Assembly (NCBI GenBank): GCA_964016885.1
Contig: OZ024743.1
Span: 127,162,001-127,226,000 of the forward strand
Length of the DNA stretch: 64,000 nt
Reading direction: 5' to 3'
Origin: Eledone cirrhosa
Taxonomy: Eukaryota
The notes under the pieces were generated by a model. It was not told the origin of the DNA, ran no database searches, and saw nothing but the letters and a program-made list of their open reading frames with translations. Positions 1-11,097 of this stretch are shown here, piece after piece (position 1 is the stretch's first letter; each line of letters begins with the position of its first letter). A program made the translations under genes and the position numbers.

Positions 1-2465
1 GACGGTTTCGTCGCCCTGCGCGCATCTCGGACATGCCCGGCTGACGGCACCTCCATGCCTGTAGAACTGGCAAGGCTCCTCGGTAGCACTGCCAGGCCAG
101 AGATTTCTGGAAGTTGTCCATAGGTCCCGGCCCGAAAGTTCTTCCGAAGAGATTGGCTAGTTGATTTTCGTCGACGCCTAGAGTTTCTCCAAGTACGTCG
201 TCGCTCTTCCCCTCCACTAATCCTCTATAGAACGCCAAGGTGGAGTTTCCACCGATCACATGGCCCGATTGGTCGAGGGCTGTGAGCGCCGGAAGACATT
301 CCAGTCTCCAGGCGCTTCCTCTCGGTCTTCGCTTGACCCAGGACTGCAGCTCCGTCAAGGAAACGAGCTGGGGAAATACGTGTCTAGCAAACGGCGACCA
401 CACTTGATCACCGTCGAGGAAGAGGTGGAGATGTTGTAGCCTGAGCGCGTGTCTGCGCATCATCAGCCACGGCAATCCCAGCCCTCCACGTAGCGGATGT
501 TGACAGCAGATGGACCGCCTGTCCATCGGAGCACGTCCCTTCCACAAAAAGCGAAAGAGCAAACGCTCCAGCGCAGTCAGGTGGGGCTTAGGACAAGGTA
601 CGACGGTCAGGCGGTAGCGATCCAGCCTCTGAAGACCCCAAAGCCAGCCGCCCTCAGGACTGCCGCTAGGTAACGATGGTCGACTCTATCGAAAGCTTTC
701 GACTGATCTAAATTGATCAAGGACCCACTCGTGCCAGGTTCCCTAGCTACCCTCTCTACGATGTATCGCATGAGGTGGAGGTTGTCGTGGATGGATCTGT
801 CGGGAATGGCGCATGTCTGCGCCTCTCCCACCAGACCACCAACAACAAGCGCCAACCTCTTTGCTAGCACCTTGGCCAAAATCTTGAACTCTGTGTTTAG
901 CAGAGTTATGGGCCGGAAATTATCTATGTTATCCCCCTTGTTCGGATCCTTTCTCAGCAGTGCCACCGCTCCTCGGCTCACAGAACTGGGAATTCTCCCC
1001 TTCTGTTGCCAGTTGCAGTAGACGTCCGCCAAGAGGCCTCCGAACAAGTCTGGCATCTGTACGTAAAGTTCATAGGGCAGACCATCCAAACCAGGCGATT
1101 TACCCCTTGTGCAGCCAGTCATTGCCTCCCTTACTTCAGCGGCTGTTATCGGCTTTTCGCAACACTCCGCCTCAGTGGCCTAGAGCCGCGGCAGTCCGTC
1201 GAGGTAGACACTAAAGTCCATCCCTCGACCCGGCCCACTGCTGCCCCCGAACAGCTGAGCGAAGTGTCGCTGAAAAGCTTCACACATTTGCCCGGGATCG
1301 AGTAGCATGCGTCCGTCGTGGTCCACCAAAGACCGGATCGTGGCTTTGTTGCCACGACGCGCCTCCGCGACTCGGGCCCATTGAACGGCTTTCGTCCCCT
1401 CATGCCTGAGAGCACGCACCCTAGTTCTGACAACGCAGCCTTCGTGCTTTGCATTGAAGAATTGGTCAAGGGCCAATTTCGCCGCAAGCACGTCGGTGGC
1501 AATGCCTTTGCTAAGCGCCTCGTCTAATTTTCTAACTAGTTCTCCCTCTGCTCTATTTTTCTCTATTGCTAAAGCCTTACTAAACCTAATCGATTCCATT
1601 CTAATCGCTCTTTTCAGAGCAAACCACCACTTGTTGTTGACGATGGCACCCGTCAACGCCCGCTTAACTAGTTCGCTAATTCGGTCTCTGTAGGCCTTGC
1701 GCGCTGGTAAGGACGCGTTTAGCTTCCAGTAGCCGGGTCCTCGTCTATGAAGCCTATCTAAGTCAAGCACACAGATCACGAATTTGTGGTCCATGTAGCT
1801 GACTATCTTGAATTGTGGACAGCCTATGCTAGACCTATCTATTTCCCTACAAAATACTCTATTTAGATATGATCTGGATGACCCTATGCGATTTGTCCAA
1901 GTCCACATTGGCACATTCGGGAAATACAATCGGTACCTCTCAGACAGTTCAAAACGCCTGAGCAGGTTGGTGAGGCTCTTGCACCCTCCACCCCTATCCG
2001 CTAATCCCACACAGTCCCAGCGTGCATCTAAGATCCCGTTCCAGTCGCCCACTAACACTAAAGAGCGGGACGTTCCAAGAAAGGTCTCCAGACGCCGGAA
2101 GAAATCAGGCCGCCCTGCTCCTGTCGGGGCATAGACGGCCACTAGCCTGAAAGCTTGCCCGTCTCCGCTGGTCACGTCCAGCACCACCAACTTACCCTCT
2201 GGGTCCAGGAAGATGGCCCGTATGGCGAGATCCAAACCTCTCCGAAAAAGCACAGCAACTCCTCCCCCAATCCAGGACGGCTGGGAGATGCGTACACATC
2301 GTAGCCGCCGAAGATCGGTGCGAAGGCCCGTGCTTCGGAGATTCTGGTGTCGCTGATGGCCACTACATCTATGTTTAGTGACCTGAGGTCGTTGAGCAGG
2401 TGACCCTGCTTCCATGACGACCCCAAGCCACACGCATTTATGCTGCCTATTCTGAGTCAGGTCAT
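1..2465 (-). pseudogene. Tx1 ORF2 (APE endonuclease + RT), disrupted
   Basis: ATG at 2465 is followed by an in-frame TGA at codon 3. There are frameshifts. Near 615 the reading jumps from RGWIA to YRLTVVPCP, so the QGCPLS/YADD core seen in copy D is missing. Confidence 0.9.
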
Positions 2466-2500
2466 GTTTAAAATAGAGTGGAAAAGATGGGAAAGACCAC

Positions 2501-4558
2501 TTACTGTACTTTTCGTAGAGGAGGGATGGTTTTTCTATCCCTTTTTACTTGATCGTCTGGTGAAGGGACCGTTGAATCGTCCCTTCGGTTGGTCGTCGGC
2601 TCTTCTATGAGTATGTCCGAATATACTCTTCGGTTGAGAGTCCCTCCTAGGTCTCTGAAATCACCAACTGCGTTGGGGAATTTCGTTTTAATGTTTGTGT
2701 ATTGTTTCTGTGCTATTTTTAGCAGTCTTATGTTAGTTGGCGTTTTGATTGGTGCTGGTATTATGTAGTCGTGTTGTGAAATGTCTGTGTGTTCAATTAT
2801 GTAAGTCATTAGTTTCTTGTTGTGTGTATTTATTGCCGTGCATTTGTTTTTCTGGGGGTGGGGTGTGGTTCTGCTATTTTCTTGTCGTTGTTGCTGGGTG
2901 TGTGTGTTTTGTTGTTGTGTTTGCGATGTTGGTGCTTGTGGTGGTGGTGTTGAAGGTGTTGTTGTTGTTGGCGGTGGGGTTGTGGCCGGAGGTGATGGTG
3001 GTGCTAGTGTGGGTGGTGATGGTGTTGGTGGTGTTGCTGCTGTGAGTCTCTTTGCAGTAGCCTTTACCCTTTTTTCATTTCTTTCCTCCCTTTTCAAAGG
3101 CGACGGTGCGCTGCTTCTGCGTTTGTGCCTTCTTACGACCTTTTGCCATCCCTCTCCTACCTCACACTCCATGTCTGATTCTGTGAGGTCGGGGAGGGGT
3201 ACGAGCTCCACTATTTCACTTGTTGTTGTTGGTGATGTTTGCACTGGAGTCTCTGTTGCAGCTGCATTTGGTATTACTGTTGTTGTTGTTAATACTTCCA
3301 CTGCTGCTGCTGTTTTTGATTTCCGTGGCGTGGGTATGGGTGCCACGGACCTATCGTTCCTGGTTGCCGCTTGTCCTGTTGCTGATAGCCGTGGAGCTGG
3401 TTTCGGAAGGAGGGGGGTTTTCTCCTTTCTCAGGGTCTTCTCGTTGCAGAAGGCCCTGAGGTGAGTCTTCGATCCACAGCGAAAGCATTTCGGGCGTTTT
3501 CCCTCAACACTTATGGGCAGTTGAGTGCCGTTATCGAAGTCTATCACATCCGGGATAGCTTCGATGCACTCCTGGTTGGTTTGGATTAACATCTCAATGG
3601 AGGTGCCGACCCAATCTTCTCTTACTTTTTTCTGTACTTGCAGTACAGTTGTTTTGTCCTCGATTCCGACGAGGACAGACGCGGCCAGCCAAGAAGGGGC
3701 CATCCGGGGGGGGGGGGGGGGGCGTGGGTCAGTTTGACCCTCACAATTTTTTGCCCGCAGTAGGAGAGCACCAACACCATTTCCTCGCTCCTTAGGGTCA
3801 CTAAGGATTGAGCCTTTGCCTCCTGGGGTGTGGAAAAAAGCACGTCTACGGTGGCATATTTCTTGCCTCGGGTGATGTGCGTTTCCCGCTGCCACACAGA
3901 CCCTAAGGCTTTTTGTATTTGAGCCTCTGTGGCTCTTTCAACCCTACGGGATTTTGTGCTTACTGTACGGTATGTGACCGTACAGTGCTGTTGGGTTTCG
4001 AAAAATTTTTCGGCTGCCTTGCAGATTGCTCGGTGTCCGGTTTTCGTCACCATCTTCTTCGCTTCCTCTAATTCCTCATTTGTTATGAGGATGGTTTCCA
4101 GGTTCTTTGCGATACCTGCAAATGAGATTGGTTTTTCTTTGCTGCTGTTGTTGTTGTTGTTGTTGTCGTCAGAGCTGCTGTTCCTTTTTGTTGTTGCTGC
4201 AGGTACTACGACTACTGCCGCCGCCGCTGTTGCTGTGGTTGTTGTTGTTGTTGCTACTGCTGCTGTTGTTGTTGCTGCTAATGCTGTTGTTGTTTATGCT
4301 GTTGCTGATGCTGTTGCGGCTGCTACTGTTGTTTTCCTTGTCACTGTTGCTGCTGTTATTACGGCTGCTACTGCTATTATTCCTGACGTCAGACGAATGA
4401 AATGGGTTTTCGTATTTCCCGCACACCTTTTTCGTCGTTGTCGTCGTCGTCGTGGAGAAATCTTGCTCGCTTTGCACGTGATTTTTCTTTTCTGGCGTCG
4501 CTTGCGAAAGAGAAGGGAGGAAGAGAGACACATTTAGAGAAGGGAGGGAGAGAGACAA
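2501..4558 (-). pseudogene. Tx1 ORF1 (N/S-rich N-terminus, putative RRM region, CCHC zinc knuckle, P/T-rich linker, C-terminal domain)
   Basis: ORFs 4169-4558, 3622-4053 and 2501-3895 join across frameshifts, one at the poly-G near 3705-3723. Clear homology to ORF1 of copy C. Confidence 0.85.
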
Positions 4559-4853
4559 TCTTCTCTCTGCTGTAGTGACGATTGAGGAAGAAGACGGAAT
4601 GAGTGGGGTGACCTATGAAAATTCTTTTTCGTAGCCATGTTGTTTTTTTGTTTAAAATAAATATTGGGCACAAAACCCCAATAAGCGGTTATTTAACCCC
4701 GAAGGGCCAAATAACGGACAGAAAGACCCCTCTCACGAGGAGGAGGGTGTTTTTGTCTACAAGTTGGTTAAAGTTTTAAACAATTTACAATTGTTATAGC
4801 GGTCAAAATTTACAATACCTTACAGAGCCGAGCCTCCGTCAACCATAGCATTC

Positions 4854-6060
4854 AATAATAATAATAATAATGATTTCATTTATTGGTAACAAGGGCCGAC
4901 ATGTAGGGGATAATACAAAGACAGGGACAGTGGGGGTTTACAATAAGGTCGAGTAAAAGTGCACAATGGCAAGACTAATTTAACAATGAAGATATAAAAA
5001 ATATAAAATAAACTATGTATAGATATAACAAAATAAATAAATTCCCCTATCGGGGGTGGACGACCCAGGGGTGACTCAGATACCCCACCAATCCTGAACC
5101 ACCATGCGCTTCTAGGGCACCCAGGAAGAGCACCCCTCTCCTCCTCAAATTAGCTAGCCTATAGGCGCATGATCAGAGTAGGCTCATTCATACGGACCAT
5201 TCTCGCGACATTCATCCACCTTTTAGCAAATGTACTGGGGGGCAGCACTTCTCTCTCCACCCTTACCTTCCTTTCCAGGTGAAACTTGAAGAAGTTGATG
5301 AGGGATTGGCCGAAGAGAAAAGTGTCTGTCTTCAGTCCTTTCAATCTGGTCCACCATATAACCTCTTTCGCAACTGCCACCAGACATAGGAAATTACCTT
5401 CCCTTCCTGGCCAAAGGAAGGCAGCGGGTCGATCTTCACTATGGACTCGGCCGATAGCCGGATCCGTTCTACACGCGACAGTAGCTGTTCGACATAAATC
5501 CACAAGTCAGTAATGCACGCACATTGGACAAGTGCGTGCAGAACGGTTTCGTCGCTCTGTGCGCATCTCAGGCAGGTCCGTCTGACAGTACTTCCGTGCT
5601 TGTAGAGTTTATCAAGAACCGGCAGTGCCCTCCGGTAGCACTGCCAAGCGAGGGATTTCTGGAAATTGTCCATCGTCCCCGGCTCGAAAGTCCTCCGGAA
5701 CAGGCTGACAGTTCGACTTCGTCGAGGCCAAAGCTTCTCCGAGTGCGTCATCGCACTTGCCCACCACTAATCCTCTATAGAACTCGAGAGTGGAAGTTCC
5801 ACTGATCGCATTGCCCGCTTGGTAGAGGGCAGTGAGTGCCTGGCAACATTCCAGGTGCCAGTCATCCACTCTTGGTCTCTACTTGATACGGGACTGCAGC
5901 TTTGGTTCCTTCGATTCTTAGCGCACGCGCCTTAGCTCTGACTATGCAACCTACGTGTTTCGCATTGAAGAAATGGTCTAATGCCATTCTCGACGCTAGC
6001 ACGTCAGTTGCAATGCCACTACAAATAGCCTCGTCTGACTTATCTACCAGCTCCCTCTCC
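4854..6060 (-). mobile_element. Tx1 copy B: 3' fragment with large internal deletion and (ATT)n tail
   Basis: ORF2 C-terminus (MDNFQKSLAWQCY, CLRC..ETVLHALVQC) is fused near 5900 to the post-endonuclease linker (FFNAKHVGCIVR). The 3' end reads CCCTTGTTACCAATAAATGAAATC(ATT)n. Confidence 0.88.
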
Positions 6061-6061
6061 T

Positions 6062-9000
6062 TTGGCCACAAGGGCTAACATGAAGAAAAACATTACAAAC
6101 GGCACAGAACGATACAAAGTGGGGTTTTGACCGCGTAAAAAAGGTTATAACAAGAAGATAGAAATATAAAAAAAAATTCAAACAAAAAATTCCCCAATAG
6201 GAGGGAAACTTCCGAGGGTCACTCGTGGCGAAAACCACACAAAAGACCACGGCGACCCTGATCACCAGGGCAAGAACCCTCTTTCAGTTTCTCACTCCCC
6301 AGTCTACAGGCGCATACTCAGAGCTCGGACCAGACTCGCCACTTTCACCCACCTTTCAATAAACTTACTAGAAGACAGCACTTGCCTCTCCACCCTGATT
6401 TTCTTCTTCAAGTGAAATTTGAAAAAGTTAATCAGGGATTGGCCGGAGAGGAAAGTGCCCGTCTTCAACCCTTTCAACCTTGTCCACCACACAATCCCTT
6501 TCGCCATGGCCACCAGGCATATGAAAACTGCCTGCCCTTCCTCCTCTTTAAAGGAAGATGGTGGGGATATCTGACAGCACCTCAGTGTACAGGCTCGGCT
6601 GACAGCACCTCCGTGCCTGTAGAGCTTATCCCGAACCGGCAACGCTCCCCTGTAGCACTGCCAAGCCAGGGATTTCTGGAAGTTGTCCATAGGCCCCGGT
6701 CTGAAAGTTCTCTTGAAGAGAGCGAACAGCTGATCGTCTTCGACGCCCAAGGTCTCGCCAAGCACGTTGCTCTTCCCCTCCACTAGTCTTCTATAGAACG
6801 CCGAGGTGGATGTTCCACCGATATCAGTGCCCAGCTGGTAGAGGGCGGTGAGCGCTTGGAGACATTCCAGCTTCCAAGCGCTATCCCTCGGTCTTTTCCT
6901 GATCCAGGACTGTAGCTCCGTAAAGGAGACGAGCTGGAAAAAAGCGCGTCTGGCAAACAGTGACCAGACCTGTTCGCCGTCAAGGAAGCACCAGCGATGT
7001 CGCAGCCCCAGCGCATGTTTGCGCATCATCAGCCACGGCATGCCCAGTCCTTCACGTAACGGGTGCTGACAGCAGATGGATCGTCTGACCATGGAAGCAC
7101 GTCCCTTTCACAAATAGCGGAAGAGATGGCGCTCTATTTTGATCAGTACAAGAGGGACGAGAGGGGACAACCCTCGCGGATCGAGCGCATGATGCTGAAC
7201 GGCTGCGACAGGTGACCATTCACCCTCACAATCGAGCAGCGATCGAGCTCCTAATAACGGACCCGAAGCCGGCCGCCTCAAGGGCCGCAGCCAGGTTCCG
7301 ATGGTCGACCCTATCAAATGCTTTAGATTGATCCAAGTTGATCAGGGCCCCACCGTGCCAGGTTCCTTAACCACCCTCTCTATAATGTATCACATGAGAT
7401 GGAGGTTGTCGTGGATGGATCTGTCTGGAATGGCGCATGTTTGCGCCTCTCCCACCAGATCACCGATGACAAGCGCGATTCTCTTTGCTAATACTTTGGC
7501 CAAATCTTGAACTCTGCGTTTAGCAAAGTTATGGGCCTGAAGTTGTCTATAAGGTCCCCCTTGTTCGGGTCTTTTCTCAGCAGCGCCACCGCTCCCCGGC
7601 TCACAAAACTGGGAATGCTCCCGTTCTGCTGCCAGTTACAGTAGACATCTGCCATTAGGTCACCGAACAAGTCTGGCATGTACGCATAAAGCTCGTAGGG
7701 CAGACCATCCAAACCTGGCGATTTACCCCTCATGCAGTCAGACACCGCTTCCCGTATTTCACCTGCTGTTATCGGATTTTCGCAGCACTGCGCTGCGGTC
7801 GTCAAAAGCCGCGGCACTCCGTCGAGGTATGCACCGAAGTCCTTACTCCGATCCGGCCTGCCGCCGCTCCCGAACAATTGAGCAAAGTGTTGTTGAAAAG
7901 CCGCACACATCTGTTCGGGTTCGAGCAACATGCGCCCGTTTTGATCAGGCAAAGACCGAATTGTGGATTTGTTGCCACGTCGTGCCTCCACCACCCGAGC
8001 CCATTGAACGGCTTTCGTCCCTTCGTGTCTCAGAGCACGTACTCTAACTCTGACAACACAGCCTTCATGCTTTGCGTTGAAGAATTGTCCGAGTGCCAAT
8101 CTCGCCGCAAGCACGTCGGTTGCGATACCTGTCCTAAACGCGTCTTCTAGCTTTCTAACTAGCTCTCCTTCTACTCTATTTTCCTTTATCACTACTCCTT
8201 TGCTAAACCTTATCGATTCTACTTTAATAGCTCTTTTCAGGGTAAATCACCACCTGTTGTTGACGATCGCCCCGTCAATGCACGCTTAACTAATTTGCTA
8301 ATCTGGTCTCTGTAAGCTTTGCGCACCGGGAACGACGCGTTCAGCTTCCAGTAACCGGGCCCTTGCATATGGAGTCTATCTAAGTCAACTTCACAAACCA
8401 CAATTTTGTGGTCCGTGTAGTCGACTACTTTAAATTGTGGACAACCTACAGAACACCCTATCTAAATACGATCTGGATGACCCGATGCGGTTTGCCCATG
8501 TCCACATTGGCACATTCGGATAATCCAGGCTATACCTGTCACAGTTCAAAACGTCTGAGCAGGTTGTTGAGGCTTTTACACCCTCCTCCCTGTCTACTAG
8601 CCCCACATAATCCCAGCTTGCATCTAAGATACTGTTCCAGTCGCCCACTAACACTAAAGAGCGGGACGTTCCAAGAAAGGTCTTTAGACGTCTGAAGAAA
8701 CCTGGCCGTCCTGCCCCTGTTGGGGCATAGATGGATACTAGCCTGAAAACATTGCCTTCGCTCCCGGTCACATCCAGCACCACCGACTTACCTTCTGGGT
8801 TCAGGAAGATGGCCCGTATGGCGAGATCCAAGCCTCTCCGAAAAAGCACAGCAACTCCTCCCCCCGATCCCGGACGGCTGGGAGATGCGTATATATCGTA
8901 GCCGCCGAAGATTGGTGCGAAGGCTCGTGCTTCGGAGATTCTGGTCCCGCTGTTGGCCACCACATCTATGTTTAGTGACCTGAGGTCGTTGAGCTTGTGA

Positions 9001-11000
9001 CCCTGCTTCCAAGATGATCCCAGGCCACGTACATTTACACTGCCTATTCTGATTATGGCCATGCTGGATAAGGAACGGGGTAAGTGAGAAAGAATTACTT
9101 ACTTTGATCGTGTGGGGAAGGGACAGTAGAACCGTCCCTTCGGCTGGTCATGAGTGTCTTCCAGATGATATCTGTATAGATTCTTTTCGAGAGTGACCCC
9201 CTGAAATCCCCAACGCAGTTGGGGAATTTTTGTTTTAACTATTTATAATCTTCGAGTTTAATTTCGACAATGTTATATTTTTTGGTAATGTTCTTGGTGT
9301 TGGTGGGGTGTAGTAGTTTATGTCTGTAATGTCTGTGTGCTATTTTATATGTTCCATTAATCCTTTGTGTGCGATGTTTATGGCTGTGTACTTTTTTTGT
9401 GGTGGGGTTGGTTTGGGTGATGCTGGTGGTGGTGTGGTTGTTGTTTGTGGTGATGCTTGTGGTGGTGATGGTGATGGTGGTGGTGTTGCCTCAAGTCTCC
9501 TTGCAGCCTTTACCCCTCTTTCTTTGCCTTCGCTTTTGGAGGGCGAAGCTGTGGTGTTTTGCGTTTGTCTTTTTTTTGTTGACAACCGTTTTCCACTCCT
9601 TTGTCGCCTCATACTCCATGTCCGACTGTGAGAGGTCAGGTCGGGGAGGGGTATGAGTTCTACCCTCTCATTTGTCTTTGTAGTTGTTGTTGTTGGGGTG
9701 GTGGTGGACCTGGTCTGCCGTTCTTGGCACAGGTGCAGCTAGTGCAACTGTTTTTGTTGCTGCAGTTGCCGCCGCTGTTTTGTTGTCCGTGTCTTTGGTG
9801 TGGGTGCCACGGACGTTGTCCTCCCACTCTCTGTATAATCTGCCGACTTTTTCGCTGACTGCTGTGTTTCTGAAGGCAGCGCTTCCGGCGTTGGAAGGAG
9901 GGGAACCTTCGCCTTTGTTATTTTCTGTGGGCAGAAGGCCCTGAGGTGAGACTTCGATCCACAGTTAAAGCACTTTGGGCGCCTTCCTTCCACAGATATT
10001 GGAAGTTGGGAGCCATTCCCGAGGTCTATTACGTCGGGAATAGCGCTGATGCAGTCCTGGTCAGTTTGGATGAGCATCTCCATTCCAATACCGGACCAGT
10101 CCTCTCTCCCCAACTTCTGTACCTGCAGAATATTTGTTCTATCCTCGATGCCCGCAAGAACAGACACGACCAGCCAAGGCACGGGTACGTAGGGCGGGAC
10201 CTGGGTTACCCTGACCTTTGCAATTTTTTTTTGTTATTAATGTTATGTCATCACTTCGTAGAGTCCTCAGTGAGTGCGATTTTGCTACCTCGGTAGTAGC
10301 GAAAAGGACGTCCACGGTAGCATACCTCTTGCCTCGGATGATGTGGGTTTTCCGTGCCCATACAGTGCCCAAGGCCTTCTGGATTTGGGCCTCCGTGGCT
10401 CTCTCCACACGACGCGATTTCGTGGTAATTGTGCGGTAAGACACTGTGCTTTGCTCTTGTTCCTCCAGGAAGTCGGTTGGTGGTTACAAGTCTTGCGACC
10501 GCCATCTCCTCCTATGTGACCAGGACTGTTTCTACGTTGCGAGCCACCTTTGCAAAAGAGATGGTCCCATCATTGTTGCCGCCGCTACTGTTGTTGGTGG
10601 TCTTGTTGGTGCTGTTACTGTTGTTACTGCTACAAACGGTGTTGTTGGTGTTGTTGCTGTTATCACTGTTGTAGTTGGTTATATTTTTGGTGCCGCCGTT
10701 GTTGTTGTTCTCGGTGCAATTTGTATTGTTTCTGTTGGTGTTGTCGCTTTTTGTTTTCTTGTTAATATTGTTGTTGCATTTGTTGTCATTTTTTCTGCTG
10801 TCTGTATTTTGGATGTCGCTGTTACTGTTGTGGTTGGGGTGGTCATTTATTTCAAAATTAGTGTTTTCAGTGTTGTTGTCATTGTTGTCTTTGTTCACGT
10901 TGTTTGTTGTATGAATATCTGTGTTCGCCGTAACCCGCCTCTCAACGTTTAAATGTTAAAAGTTCAAATATTGTAATGCTGTTGTAATGACACTCCCTGG
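6062..11000 (-). mobile_element. Tx1 copy C (degenerate, near full span)
   Basis: ORF1 remnants at ~9100-10900 (CFNCGSKSHLRAFC). ORF2 starts at 9062 (MAIIRIGSVNVRGL) and ends at 6304. RT is deleted between GCPLSS and IERHLFRYL (~7150). The 5' end abuts (ACAT)n. Confidence 0.92.
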
Positions 11001-11097
11001 GTATGTATGTATGTATGTATGTATGTATGTATGTATGTATGTATGTATGTATGTATGTATGTATGTATGTATGTATGTATGTATGTATGTATGTATG
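11001..11097. repeat. (GTAT)n/(ACAT)n microsatellite; tail or target of the adjacent R4-like element
   Basis: Perfect tetranucleotide run. Confidence 0.97.

Larger units (their letters stand above)
1..4853 (-). mobile_element. Tx1/L1-clade non-LTR retrotransposon copy A (degenerate; 3' part runs off the window)
   Basis: ORF1 with a CCHC knuckle (CFRCGSKTHLRAFC) is followed by ORF2 with an APE endonuclease (VYAP, GDWN, SYLNR, GPGYWKLN) and RT N-part (KSPGLDGLP, NFRPITLLN, DQSKAFDRVDH). The 5' end abuts (ATT)n at ~4854-4871. Confidence 0.93.

Noticed and set aside
2749-10952. Plus-strand hydrophobic Val/Leu-rich ORFs resembling membrane proteins
   Set aside because: Antisense shadows of low-complexity Tx1 ORF1 regions.
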